Origin: Thermoanaerobaculia bacterium
GTDB lineage: Bacteria > Acidobacteriota > Thermoanaerobaculia > Multivoradales > Multivoraceae
Direction of reading: 5' to 3'
Assembly: GCA_963664405.1 (NCBI GenBank)
Contig: OY761158.1
Location: 2,272,001-2,336,000 of the forward strand
DNA length: 64,000 nucleotides
Below are positions 20,130 to 29,897 of the stretch, piece after piece. The position numbers and the translations under genes are program-made. Position 1 is the stretch's first letter; the number at the start of each line of letters is the position of its first letter. A model generated the notes under the pieces. The model was not told the origin of the DNA. It saw only the letters and a program-made list of their open reading frames with translations, and searched no databases.

Positions 20130-21095
20130 CTATGGCGTTACGGTGACCGCAACGTCGCTGTCGGCGCCAACCGCACCGTCACTCGCCAGGCACCTGAGCA
20201 CGTACTCCCCCGGCTCCTCGAAAGTCGCCTGAACCACCCACTTTCCCTTTGGCGGAAGCGGCGGCACCTGCCACAGCGGCGCCCAGGGAGAGTTGGCGCC
20301 GGTGCGGGTGTCCTCCCACACCTTGGTCTGCAGAGGATCGAAGCTCACCTTGCCAGAGCCGCGGTAGAGGTACCAGGACAGCCGCAGCCCGGTCGCGCTG
20401 CCGACGGTGAGATGCTGATGTGGTGTCATTCGTAGATCCTTTGGCATCTCGCGTTTGCCGCGAGCGGCCAAGATGATCTCTGGCGAGATCGGTGTCTGAC
20501 CCATGGGCGCCGGTACGCCATCGTCGGTCGCCCAGGCGACCAGTTCCAGGGGTTCGCCGACGCGGACACTACGCGTCGCCTTACCGTCGACCTTGATGAC
20601 CGGTGCCTTGTTGGCGCGAATGACCGGATTGCTCGAACCGGCCCCGATCGCTCCCTGCTCGGAGGCTTCGACAAGACCGTCGACGAAGTAGTCCTGCCGC
20701 AGCGTTGCGTAAGCCCGCTCGGTCTCCCCTTTGGTGGTCAGCGTCCAGATCAACTCGTCGTCTTCACCAAAGTTCTTGGGAACGGGAACGCGAAAGACGA
20801 AGCGGTTGCGGCGCGGCAGAAAGTGGGTCGGCTGCCCGCGATCCGCCCCGCCTGGCGAGAAGCTGTTCTCGGCACCGACCGGCACATCGAGCTCTTCCAT
20901 CCAGTTCCGATTCATGTAGCCGAACAGAAAGTAGCGGTCGCCGTCGGCGTCGCGCTCCCACCCCTCGTAGGCCGGCGAGATGGATTGGCCGCGCGAGTAC
21001 GAGAGCTGGGCGCTCGCGCCCCGTGCGAAGAGCACGAGTGCGAGCGCGATGAGAAGCACCCTTCCCAATGCGTGGAATGCGTTCTTGGTCATCAA
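20130..21095 (-). CDS. secreted hypothetical protein with Ig-like C-terminus
   Basis: Signal peptide; PAYEGW, FGYMNRN, GQPTHFLPRR and ATDDG motifs. Confidence 0.7.
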   Translation of the reverse strand: MMTKNAFHALGRVLLIALALVLFARGASAQLSYSRGQSISPAYEGWERDADGDRYFLFGYMNRNWMEELDVPVGAENSFSPGGADRGQPTHFLPRRNRFVFRVPVPKNFGEDDELIWTLTTKGETERAYATLRQDYFVDGLVEASEQGAIGAGSSNPVIRANKAPVIKVDGKATRSVRVGEPLELVAWATDDGVPAPMGQTPISPEIILAARGKREMPKDLRMTPHQHLTVGSATGLRLSWYLYRGSGKVSFDPLQTKVWEDTRTGANSPWAPLWQVPPLPPKGKWVVQATFEEPGEYVLRCLASDGAVGADSDVAVTVTP

Positions 21096-21111
21096 GGCGA
21101 AAAAAGCTGCG

Positions 21112-22599
21112 CTAGCGACCTCCGGTGGCTGTCGCCGCCTCCTTCATGAGCTCTTCCATCGGAATCACGTTACAAAGCGGACAGCCGATGACGTGATCGT
21201 TCTTCGTCAGGTTGAACACTTCGCGTCGCTTCTTCATCTCCTCCTGGAACTGCTCGTCCGAGAGAGCGACGCCGTGCCCCAGATCGATGAACATGTTCGC
21301 CACCGACCGATTCCCCGATCCCTGCCAGTTGCGCGGGTCGGGGATGTTCCGGTTTGCCTCGGTGTTGTCCATGAAGCCGATAATGTGCAGGATGGTTCCC
21401 TTGGGGAGGAGCGGCTCGTAGTTGTTGCTGTATTCGTAGCCTCTGACCCAGTTGTGGTCGTACCCGGCACAGGTGAGGGTCTCTACGTGGATGCCCCAGA
21501 TCGCCTCGAGACACATGCGAGCCCCTGGCGCGTGGAGGTGGGGCTCGAAAGTGGTGATCTTGGTGTGCTCCGGCAGGATCATGTAGGCGTGGAGCTCCTG
21601 ATCGGCCCGGTTCGGCCGGATGTCGATGTCGACGGCGTTACCGAGCGAGCGCACGGCCTCACTGTACTTGGGCTCGTATCCCTTGGGATGGAACTTCCAC
21701 CCGATCTCGAGACGGGCGGTCGTGTCGCGGCCGTTCGAGTGGAGATGGATCGAATTCGAGATGATGCTCGAGCCGGCCTCCAACAAGCGGGCTCCATCGG
21801 GATCGAAGACGTCGGCATTGCGGCCGACTTCGTGCACGGGCCAGCTGGTGCCGAGGAAGTTGCTCGCAGCCTGATCGGCCGCCGCCGCCCCGGCTCCCTC
21901 TTCGAGCACTGCTGTGCTCCAGATCATGTGGTGGAAGATAAAACGACCACCGACGGTGGGCCGGCCTGAGGGCTTGCCCTGGGCGTCGAGGACGTCGTTG
22001 ATCTCACGCACCTCGACCGCCGCGACATAGCGGTCTTCGCTGAGGCCCGTCAGTACGGACTGGATCTCACCCCACCAGTCGGGTGCATCGGCTTTCATCG
22101 TCAAGCTCTGCAGCACATTGATCAGGTCCGGCTCGCCGATCGCCCAGTCCGAGTTGGAGTCGAGCGCTAGAGGCGGCGGCATGTCGGCCGGATCTCCCCT
22201 CGGCGCTCCGCCACGGGCCCACCTGTCGATCTTCGCGAGCTCCGCCTCGGAAAGGGAGGGGTCGTACTGGTAGTTCTGGATGCCGACGTCTGTTTCGATG
22301 TACCAGGGGGGCATCACCCCCGCCACCGGGCCCATATGAGTGCGCTTGGCGATCGCCTTGGAATAGGGACGGACCTGGTCGTAGGTGATGAGCGACATCG
22401 GCGCCACCGAGTCCGGCTTGTGGCAGCTCTGGCAGCTGCGCTGCAGAATCGGCGCGATGTCTTTGGTGAAAGTCACGACAGACGTGTCCGGAACGTCAGC
22501 GGCTCCAGCCGCCATCGCGCTTGGCGCTGAGAGGATGATCATCGCCAGTGCCAGCAAGGTCGTAGAGATAGTGGCCTTATGAGCGTTTTTGATCGCCAC
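21112..22599 (-). CDS. secreted cytochrome c plus copper type II monooxygenase (PHM/DBH)-like protein
   Basis: GTG start with AAGGAG RBS; FTKDIAPILQRSCQSCH; FHH and PHLH His pairs; YDHNW. Confidence 0.65.
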   Translation of the reverse strand: MAIKNAHKATISTTLLALAMIILSAPSAMAAGAADVPDTSVVTFTKDIAPILQRSCQSCHKPDSVAPMSLITYDQVRPYSKAIAKRTHMGPVAGVMPPWYIETDVGIQNYQYDPSLSEAELAKIDRWARGGAPRGDPADMPPPLALDSNSDWAIGEPDLINVLQSLTMKADAPDWWGEIQSVLTGLSEDRYVAAVEVREINDVLDAQGKPSGRPTVGGRFIFHHMIWSTAVLEEGAGAAAADQAASNFLGTSWPVHEVGRNADVFDPDGARLLEAGSSIISNSIHLHSNGRDTTARLEIGWKFHPKGYEPKYSEAVRSLGNAVDIDIRPNRADQELHAYMILPEHTKITTFEPHLHAPGARMCLEAIWGIHVETLTCAGYDHNWVRGYEYSNNYEPLLPKGTILHIIGFMDNTEANRNIPDPRNWQGSGNRSVANMFIDLGHGVALSDEQFQEEMKKRREVFNLTKNDHVIGCPLCNVIPMEELMKEAATATGGR

Positions 22600-22674
22600 A
22601 GCGCGCTCCTTCCGGACATAAACCGGCAACATCGTGATCAGAGCAACGATACTTGAACGGAGGTTGCCCGGCAA

Positions 22675-22839
22675 CTAGACCAGCGTTTCCAAAGTTCGTG
22701 TACATAGCTCGAGGTCATTCTGTTCGCTGGCCAGGCGCGCCGACGCAGGCATATTGGGCAATATGTCGAGGAGGCGAAACGCCGTCAGCGGACAGAAGGG
22801 GCCGAGATATGTGTGCGAACTTTGGAAACGCTGGTCTAG
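22675..22839. mobile_element. MITE-like element type A (inverted)
   Basis: IR CTAGACCAGCGTTTCCAAAGT at both ends. Confidence 0.85.
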
Positions 22840-22885
22840 GAGGCACACGCAGCTGCCGAGCCCTCGAGTTGGCTACCCGTCCTTG

Positions 22886-23052
22886 CTAGTACACGCGGCC
22901 ATAAATACGGACACGTTTGGAGCGACGCTGCATCCTCTCCAGCAGCGTTGCGCTCCCTGCGGCGTACTGCCAGGTACGCCTCAGTCACGCGCCTTGCTGG
23001 CGAGGCGCTTCGTCGCTCGAAACGTACCCGTACTTATGGCCGCATGTACTAG
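22886..23052. mobile_element. palindromic MITE-like element, type C
   Basis: IR CTAGTACA(C/T)GCGGCCATAA; near-identical inverted copy at 28770. Confidence 0.85.
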
Positions 23053-24716
23053 TTGAAGGCGAGTCTGATCACCGACCCATGGTGGTTCTCGATGTGCCTC
23101 GTCGGGCCGTTCGAGTTACAGGTCCACACATTGCCCTCGGCGTCGAACTCGATCTCGCGAGTGTAGGTCACTCGCGTCGGCATCCGGTACTCGGTGAACT
23201 CCTCGGTCTTGGGATCGAAGCGCACGATCGAGTCGGTGCCGGTCCCGGTGATCCAGACCTCTCCGGTCTGCGGATGAATGTTGAGCGCGTAGGGCAGAGA
23301 GTTCGGCCCGTTCGGCATGTCGTATACCTTCCAGGTTTCGCTCTCAGGCTCGAAAGAAGCGATGTCGCCGCTGGCCCAGCCCGGAACCCAGACGATTCCG
23401 TTCGGCGCCACGTGCAACCGCCTCGGCCCGTGCACCGGGGGCTTCCATTCGACGATCTGATCGGGGCTGCCATCCGCCGCTTCTGGGTCGACGCGACCGA
23501 TGCGCTGGCCGTTGAGCTTGCTGTACCAGACCTTGTGGTCGGGGGCGATGTCGATGCCGTAGGGGGTGATACCACGCGACTCGCCGCCGGCACCACCGCC
23601 ACGGACCTGCTTGGCGTCCGGCAGGTCGTAGAACTTCACCTGGTAGGTCTCGGGATTGATCGAGAAAACGCCGAGTCCTGCGTCCGTCCACCAAACCGTA
23701 CCCAACTCCTGATCGACGCGCAGAGTGTGGGGGTAGCCGGCACGCTTGCGAGTGGGGTGAGCCGACACCACCGTGTATTCCTTGGTCTTGGGGTCGAACT
23801 TGGCCATCTCGCCGGAGAGGGCCAAGGTCAGCCACATGTCTCCGTTTGCCGACATCTCGATCGAGTGGGGTCCCTTGATCGGCGAATTGCTGTCGCCGAA
23901 TACCTTGCCGCCGGGGATCGAATAGGTCTCGCGCTCGCCGGTATCGAGATCGAGCCGGTGAACGGCGTCGTTACCCATGTCCACGGTGTAGATCCGTCCG
24001 TCCAAGCCGACCTCGAGGTCGTGAATGGAGGCGCGGTCTTCGAGCCCCATCTGCCATTCGGTGATCTCGACATCGAGGGCCGGGCCGGCCGGCGCGGGTG
24101 GCGGCTCGTAGGCCGGCCATTCCTTCTCGGCGTCTCTGCCATAGGTCATCACCAGGCGATCCACCAGGTCTGCCTGGGTGTGGGCATAGAGACCCTTGAA
24201 GCCGTCCATACGGGTGATCATGACTTCCCAATCCACCGGCTCCTCGGGGGAGCGAAAGCCCAGCGTTCCGACCTGATGGCAGTAGGTGCACATCATCTTG
24301 AAGTTGAGTGCATCCTCCTGCTTGTCGAATTCGAGCATCGAGAGGAGGTCATGGGCAGGGCGCTGCGCGTTGAGATCCCGTGCAGGAGCCATCACCAGCT
24401 TCATCGAATCAGAAGGAGCCTTGGGCTCGACAAAAGTGTCCTCGAGCCCGATGAGGCGCGCACGCACTTCGTACTCCCTGTCGGCCGGGAGCTGGTCGAT
24501 GCGAAAGCTACCGTCCTCCCGGCTGAACACCGAGATGCTTCGCTTCTCCACGTCATCGAAGACGGTGACAGTCGCGCCGCGAACGGGCTTCGCGTTCTCG
24601 TCGACGACCGTGCCAGCGAACGAGATCGCAGAGGGCACGTCGACGGCGTTCCTTGCCCAGGAGCCGAAAGCCAGGGAGACAAGTAGCAGAGAGAGGAGAA
24701 TCGAGCTCTTTCGCAT
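23049..24716 (-). CDS. secreted protein: carboxypeptidase-regulatory-like domain, c-type heme motif and Vgb-like beta-propeller
   Basis: Signal peptide, GTVVDENAKPVRGATVT, CTYCH and repeated propeller blades (PH/PY...DG.VW). Confidence 0.75.
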   Translation of the reverse strand: MRKSSILLSLLLVSLAFGSWARNAVDVPSAISFAGTVVDENAKPVRGATVTVFDDVEKRSISVFSREDGSFRIDQLPADREYEVRARLIGLEDTFVEPKAPSDSMKLVMAPARDLNAQRPAHDLLSMLEFDKQEDALNFKMMCTYCHQVGTLGFRSPEEPVDWEVMITRMDGFKGLYAHTQADLVDRLVMTYGRDAEKEWPAYEPPPAPAGPALDVEITEWQMGLEDRASIHDLEVGLDGRIYTVDMGNDAVHRLDLDTGERETYSIPGGKVFGDSNSPIKGPHSIEMSANGDMWLTLALSGEMAKFDPKTKEYTVVSAHPTRKRAGYPHTLRVDQELGTVWWTDAGLGVFSINPETYQVKFYDLPDAKQVRGGGAGGESRGITPYGIDIAPDHKVWYSKLNGQRIGRVDPEAADGSPDQIVEWKPPVHGPRRLHVAPNGIVWVPGWASGDIASFEPESETWKVYDMPNGPNSLPYALNIHPQTGEVWITGTGTDSIVRFDPKTEEFTEYRMPTRVTYTREIEFDAEGNVWTCNSNGPTRHIENHHGSVIRLAFN

Positions 24717-24782
24717 GGCACTTCTTCCTTTGAAAAAACGTGGAGGACCCCGAGGTCGCGAGGATTAAATCGATCTAAACAT

Positions 24783-24836
24783 ACTATAGATATGACACCT
24801 ATGGTGTCAATAAAGTTACTCGATCCATAGATCGAG
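24783..24836 (-). promoter_or_regulatory. sigma-70 promoter overlapped by a palindromic operator
   Basis: Minus strand TTGACA-N16-TATAGT; TGACACC-TAT-GGTGTCA at 24793-24809; second palindrome CTCGATC-N4-GATCGAG at 24819-24836. Confidence 0.65.
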
Positions 24837-24854
24837 ACACAGCGGATACGCGGG

Positions 24855-27353
24855 TCACGCTAGAACGTCTGCCGCCCGCAGGTCGGCGATCTCCTGTTCG
24901 CGCAGTCCAAGCAAGTCTCTGAGGACCTGCTCTGTGTGCTCGCCCAGGCAGGGAGCAGCGCTGTGGAGCATCGTCTTCTTCGCTGAGAAACGAGTAGCAA
25001 AAGCATCGTAGAGCATCGGGCCCAATTCGCCATGAACCAGTGTCTGACGGAAACCGCGCTCCTCGAGGTGTGGATCGGAAAGCAGATCCGTCGGTCGCTG
25101 GACTACGGACGCGGGAACCCCCGCTTCGATCAACCGCCGCTCCAAGTCGCGTGCCTCGCCTTCGGCGCACCACCTACGAACGGCCTCCTCGAGTCGCTCG
25201 CGCTGACCGAGTCGGGTCTCGAGAGTGTCGAAGGAAACATCGGAGAACGCCGCCATCGGCGCGACCTCGCACAGGCCTCGCCAATGGGCCGCGGTCTCGA
25301 CTGCAACGGCAATGAAGCGCTGGGTGCCACGGGTGGCGTAGACCCCGTGTGGGCATGCAACGTCGCTTTCCATGCCCCGACTGGTCGCGGTGTTTCCATT
25401 CACGCTCTCGTCGAGGAAGAGCGGCTCGATAAAACGAACACCGGCCTCGGCCTGCGACAGCTCGATATGCCGACCGCTACCGCCGCGCCGGCGATCCAGA
25501 ATTGCCGCCGCCAGCGCGCAGACGCCGAATTTGGGCGCGATTACATCCGTGTACGGTCCGAAGGGACCACAAGGTGGGCGATCCGGCCAGCCGGTGATGG
25601 CATGAAGACCGACCATCGCCGCCGCCTGCTGCCCAAAGCCGGCGTAGGCACTCAAGGGCCCGCCGGAGCCGAAGAGCGAAGTGCTCAGCATGATGAGATC
25701 GGAGCGGCCCTCGCTGAGAGTGTCGTAACCGAGACCGAGCCTGTCCATGGTTCCGGGGGAGTAGCTCTCGATCACCACATCGGCCCAGCCCACCAGCCGA
25801 CGCGCCAGCACCTTGCCTTCCTTCTTCGACAGGTCGAGGGCCAGGCTGAGCTTCGAGGTGTTGTACATCGCCGCCCACTGGCTGCGATTGATCCCTTCAA
25901 CGCCGTCTTTGTAGGGCGGCAGTCGTCGCGCCAAGTCAGGTCGTCGAGACGACTCGACGCGAACTACCGTAGCGCCATGATCGGCAAGTGTCTTTCCCAT
26001 CGTCGGTCCAGCCACGATCCAGCTGAAATCGACGACGTTGAGACCGGCGAAGGCCTCGCCAAGCCTCTCACCATCGGACGAGCCTCTCGCGCCTGAGCCC
26101 CGTGAAGAAGCTCGCGAGCCATCCTTCAACCAAGTCTCGACCCAGTGCTGGTGCTCCCCGAGGCGCGGCGATGGCGAGCATGGAGCGATCAACGATCGCT
26201 CGCTGTCCCGCACCGGAGATCCTGGATGCAGACGCCCTGCTATCTCATGAAGAAAACCTCTTGCGCGCAAATGGGTGTCGCCAATGAGGTCTGAAGTCGT
26301 CCGCACCGCGCCCAGCCGCAGCTTGTGCTCCAGAGTCAGCTCCACCAGCTCCGCCTTGGTGCGCGCGCGCAGGGACTCCTCTACCCGGCGGACCGCAAGC
26401 TCCACAACCTCGTCCGAGAGCCGGCCGGCATGAAACTCCTCCTGCCACCGATCCCAGTCGACGCGAGTGAGCGCCTCGTCGAGGTCTCCCGCCTTGTCGA
26501 GCTCGCGCATGACCAGGGGTAGGACGCCGCCCCCCTGACTCTGACCCTGCGGCGCCATCGATAGGGCCACCCAACCGTCGGCGCACTCACACAAGCGGGG
26601 GAAGAGGCGTGCAATGGGGGAAAGATCGGCCGGATCGCCACGATCATCACCCACCCCTGGAGGGTCGCAGCCGGCTGCCACCGCCCAGCCGACGGGACCC
26701 ATCAAGGTCCACACCATGCATTCCTGCATCGAAGTGTCGAGGTACTGCCCTGCTCCGCTGAGCTCGCGCTCGTTGAGGGCAACGATGATGTCGACGGCGG
26801 CCTGCCCACCGGAGTGAAAGTCTGAGTTCGGGAATCCCATCGGCAGCGGTGGACGATCGGTGTCGCCTTGGAGAGCAATCCTTCCTCCCGCGGCTTCGAG
26901 AGTGAGCTCGGTCGCAGGCCAGCGCGACTTCGGTCCGCGCTGGCCGAAAGGAGTGATCGACGCATAGACGAGAGTGGGGTTCTCTCTTACCAAGTCTTTG
27001 TAGCCGAGACCAAGCTCGCTCAGAGTGCCAGGGTCATCGGACTCGATAAAGACGTCGGCGCAAGCGATCAGCCGCCGCAGCTGTTGGCGGTCGCGAGCAC
27101 TCTGGACATCCAAGACCACGCTCTTCTTACCCAGCGCCACACTCGCCCAGTACAGCGAAGCCTCGGGGTCCCCCTCGCGGCCCTTCTCGAACGGAGGCCT
27201 ATACCGTGCGCTCGCGCCGCCAGGCGCTTCGACCTTGAGAACCTCGGCACCGAGATCCGCCAGCATGCGCCCGGCGAGCTCCGCTCGCGTCGTCGCGAAA
27301 TCCACGACTCGAGTGCCGGCTAGAGGCAGCGGAGGCACTCTCTCCTCCGTCAC
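24855..27353 (-). CDS. tandem-domain family III CoA-transferase (CaiB/BaiF)
   Basis: Two repeats of (V)VDF...LAD(L/H)GA.V..VE and K.S..LD; GTG start overlaps the upstream stop. Confidence 0.9.
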   Translation of the reverse strand: MTEERVPPLPLAGTRVVDFATTRAELAGRMLADLGAEVLKVEAPGGASARYRPPFEKGREGDPEASLYWASVALGKKSVVLDVQSARDRQQLRRLIACADVFIESDDPGTLSELGLGYKDLVRENPTLVYASITPFGQRGPKSRWPATELTLEAAGGRIALQGDTDRPPLPMGFPNSDFHSGGQAAVDIIVALNERELSGAGQYLDTSMQECMVWTLMGPVGWAVAAGCDPPGVGDDRGDPADLSPIARLFPRLCECADGWVALSMAPQGQSQGGGVLPLVMRELDKAGDLDEALTRVDWDRWQEEFHAGRLSDEVVELAVRRVEESLRARTKAELVELTLEHKLRLGAVRTTSDLIGDTHLRARGFLHEIAGRLHPGSPVRDSERSLIAPCSPSPRLGEHQHWVETWLKDGSRASSRGSGARGSSDGERLGEAFAGLNVVDFSWIVAGPTMGKTLADHGATVVRVESSRRPDLARRLPPYKDGVEGINRSQWAAMYNTSKLSLALDLSKKEGKVLARRLVGWADVVIESYSPGTMDRLGLGYDTLSEGRSDLIMLSTSLFGSGGPLSAYAGFGQQAAAMVGLHAITGWPDRPPCGPFGPYTDVIAPKFGVCALAAAILDRRRGGSGRHIELSQAEAGVRFIEPLFLDESVNGNTATSRGMESDVACPHGVYATRGTQRFIAVAVETAAHWRGLCEVAPMAAFSDVSFDTLETRLGQRERLEEAVRRWCAEGEARDLERRLIEAGVPASVVQRPTDLLSDPHLEERGFRQTLVHGELGPMLYDAFATRFSAKKTMLHSAAPCLGEHTEQVLRDLLGLREQEIADLRAADVLA

Positions 27354-28459
27354 GCTTCGGGGTCCTCGAACGAGCGGCCGGCGTTGGCGACCACCTCCCG
27401 CATGCCGGCCCATTCGCTCCAATGGTTGCAGAGCTTGTAGACCGACGTCTTCCAGGGGTCGTAGTTGGCCGGGTAGTCGAGAAACTGACCGTAATAGCCT
27501 CGATCGAGATGATCGCTGACTCCATGCCCCAGCCGCCGTGAGCCCTCGTGAGGATTCTCGTCACGCCAGCGACGAATTCGAAAGTACACATTCATCCGTG
27601 GATTCGGACCGAGGTTGGGCGTCGCGGTGTGAGGGAGGCTATGCAGCGCGATGACTGCATCTCCTTGATCGAGCAAGAGGGGCGTCAGCTCGGGCCATGG
27701 CCAGCCGTCGATGGGTTGGGCGCTCGGTGCCGCCGCCATGGCTTTCTCGCGGACCGAGTCGGGAAGACCGTTGAAATAGGTACCTCCCTCTGCTGAGGTC
27801 TTGATGCGCGGCCACTCCGGGCCCTCCGGACCGATGACGCCGCCCGCGTCCCGCTGCCGGCGAAAAGCGGCTTCGACTTCCTCGTGCAATCCCTTCATCA
27901 CCGCGAATTGACCGCCGCCGGCCTTGGTCTGGTCGTTGAGGCATACGCCCACCAACGCGGTGTAGCTGCCGATCGAGATTCTGCGCCCCGGGTCCTGCCA
28001 CAACTGACCGTCATTCGTCCCTCGCAGATCATCGCTCTCACCAAAATACTTGGCCGAGTCCTTTGGCCGTCCGCGGATCGGCTCGATCTCCTCGGCGCGG
28101 CGGGGAATGGCGCCGGACCAGCTGCCGTCGATGTGAGTACCAGGGCGGCCACCCAGTTGGTCGAAAGGAGGCGTCACCGCGACCTGACAGCTGATGACAT
28201 CGGGGTACCGCCCCATTTCATTGCGCATGATCTCGGCCAGGCGACTGTCTCTGAACAGCCGCAGCACATCATGGTGCGTCGCCAATTCCGCTGGAACGAC
28301 GAGCTTGCGCTCGTCCTTGGGCAACGAGCTACTGATCAGATCTCTCGCTTGCTGCGAGATCTCGCGCGGAACGGCGTTCTTGATCACGATGAACCCATCG
28401 CGAAAGAACTCCTGCTTCTGTTCAGGAGTCAGGTGGGCGGAGGGCTCGAGTGGGGTCAC
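27350..28459 (-). CDS. phytanoyl-CoA dioxygenase-like (Fe/2OG) protein
   Basis: LTPEQKQEFFRDGFIVIKNAV, HID and GDAVIALHSLPH motifs. Confidence 0.7.
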   Translation of the reverse strand: MTPLEPSAHLTPEQKQEFFRDGFIVIKNAVPREISQQARDLISSSLPKDERKLVVPAELATHHDVLRLFRDSRLAEIMRNEMGRYPDVISCQVAVTPPFDQLGGRPGTHIDGSWSGAIPRRAEEIEPIRGRPKDSAKYFGESDDLRGTNDGQLWQDPGRRISIGSYTALVGVCLNDQTKAGGGQFAVMKGLHEEVEAAFRRQRDAGGVIGPEGPEWPRIKTSAEGGTYFNGLPDSVREKAMAAAPSAQPIDGWPWPELTPLLLDQGDAVIALHSLPHTATPNLGPNPRMNVYFRIRRWRDENPHEGSRRLGHGVSDHLDRGYYGQFLDYPANYDPWKTSVYKLCNHWSEWAGMREVVANAGRSFEDPEA

Positions 28460-28577
28460 GTCGCTGTGGCCTCGGAAGTTCGGAGCCGCAATCTTACGAG
28501 CTGAGCTGTGTCGAGGCTAGGCCAAAGCCGTTGACCCTCCTCTCACGCGAAGCTCTCCGCCTCAGAAGGAGAGTTCG

Positions 28578-28773
28578 ATGTCGAGATTCGATCGATGGGT
28601 GGGGCTGTTCCTCTTCCTCACTCCTCCAGTCCTCGCACAGACCGAGCCTCAGCGAGCTGCGCCAAAGGATTCGCGACGTTCAGCAGGGCCCGGACGGTCT
28701 GCTCTACCTGTTGACCGAGGAGAACCAGGCAGCACTGCTGCGCCTCGAGCCGGTTGCCCAGGCTACCGACTAG
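28578..28773 (+). pseudogene. internally deleted PQQ-dependent sugar dehydrogenase (YliI-like) remnant
   Basis: RBS and signal peptide in one frame; RIRDVQQGPDGLLYLLTE C-terminus in another frame. Confidence 0.7.
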
Positions 28774-28936
28774 TACATGCGGCCATAAGTACGGGTACGT
28801 TTCGAGCGACGAAGCGCCTCGCCAGCAAGGCGCGTGACTGAGGCGTACCTGGCAGTACGCCGCAGGGAGCGCAACGCTGCTGGAGAGGATGCAGCGTCGC
28901 TCCAAACGTGTCCGTATTTATGGCCGTGTGTACTAG
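28770..28936. mobile_element. MITE-like element type C (inverted)
   Basis: Reverse complement of 22886-23052. Confidence 0.85.
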
Positions 28937-29033
28937 TCGTTCTGGCCGCCCTCTGCGTCTCGAGGCTGGCAGTCTGCGCGCCAGGCGGTCGGTTCTCAGG
29001 TGGATGGGCCAGCGACTCACAGAATCGGTCCTC

Positions 29034-29136
29034 GCCGTTTCCCGGAGCGGATAGGAAGCAACGCCCAAGTGCGCCGTCCTCGGCGCCAAACAGCAACTAG
29101 CTTTCGGGAATGATACCCATCATTCCCGAAAGCTAG
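29034..29136. repeat. extended family P unit ending in an 18-bp perfect hairpin
   Basis: CTAGCTTTCGGGAATGAT-ACCC-ATCATTCCCGAAAGCTAG at 29097-29136. Confidence 0.75.
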
Positions 29137-29669
29137 GGCAGGATGATGCCGCTTCCCAGACAGCGCAGCCGGTTCGCCTGGGCATTACTGCGATACACCC
29201 GATGACAACTGTCGCACGCTTCTGCGAGGTTGTTGGTCAACTCGCCGACCTCCGCCTGATCCTTGCGCAGCGCAGCTTGGTAAATCTCCCAGCCGACCTC
29301 CGTCATCTCGCGCGACCACTTGAGCCAGTCGTAACGCTGGACTGGTGCCATCTGCCCGTTCTCACACAGACGCCCGGGCTTCGTGATCAGGCTCGCACCT
29401 TCGGCGAGCACGAGGGCGGCGTTCTCGACCACCTGCCAACCGGTATAGATGCCGGAGAAAGTGCTGCTGACGGTCCCATCGCCCTTGCCTTCGGCACGCG
29501 GCGCGTCCGGGTCCCGCATCTGGGTGTCGAAGATGATGTTCGAGTTGGGAAAGTAGATACCTCGCATGATTTGAGCCATGGTCCCGACCGGCGCAGTATC
29601 GAGAGAGGTCTGTGCTCCAACGCCTACTGCCAGGGAGATCATCGAAACCAGGAAGACTGTTACTCGCAT
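29133..29669 (-). CDS. secreted class II cytochrome c-like protein
   Basis: AAGGAG RBS, signal peptide and C-terminal ACDSCH.VYR. Confidence 0.7.
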   Translation of the reverse strand: MRVTVFLVSMISLAVGVGAQTSLDTAPVGTMAQIMRGIYFPNSNIIFDTQMRDPDAPRAEGKGDGTVSSTFSGIYTGWQVVENAALVLAEGASLITKPGRLCENGQMAPVQRYDWLKWSREMTEVGWEIYQAALRKDQAEVGELTNNLAEACDSCHRVYRSNAQANRLRCLGSGIILP

Positions 29670-29897
29670 CTTTGTTCTCTCCTTCTTGGAAGTCGGCCCA
29701 CTACGAGGGACAAAAGAGAGCGTGGCGCGCGCGCAGCCGCGTAGCAACACCCGATCGGGTAGGACCGGCCCCGTCGAGCGCGACCTCGTCGGAAAGGTAG
29801 ATCTTCCAGGAGCGGTTCCCTCGATATGGACTCGTTGGTATTGTGGAGGCGCACAAGATTCAGACCTCCGCCTCCTCACCATCAAAGAGGATTGCGC

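Noticed and set aside
22917-24686. Long + strand ORF (589 aa) and similar antisense ORFs (31219-32571, 50078-51421, 25032-26096)
   Set aside because: Shadow ORFs opposite well-supported genes in high-GC DNA, with no recognisable motifs
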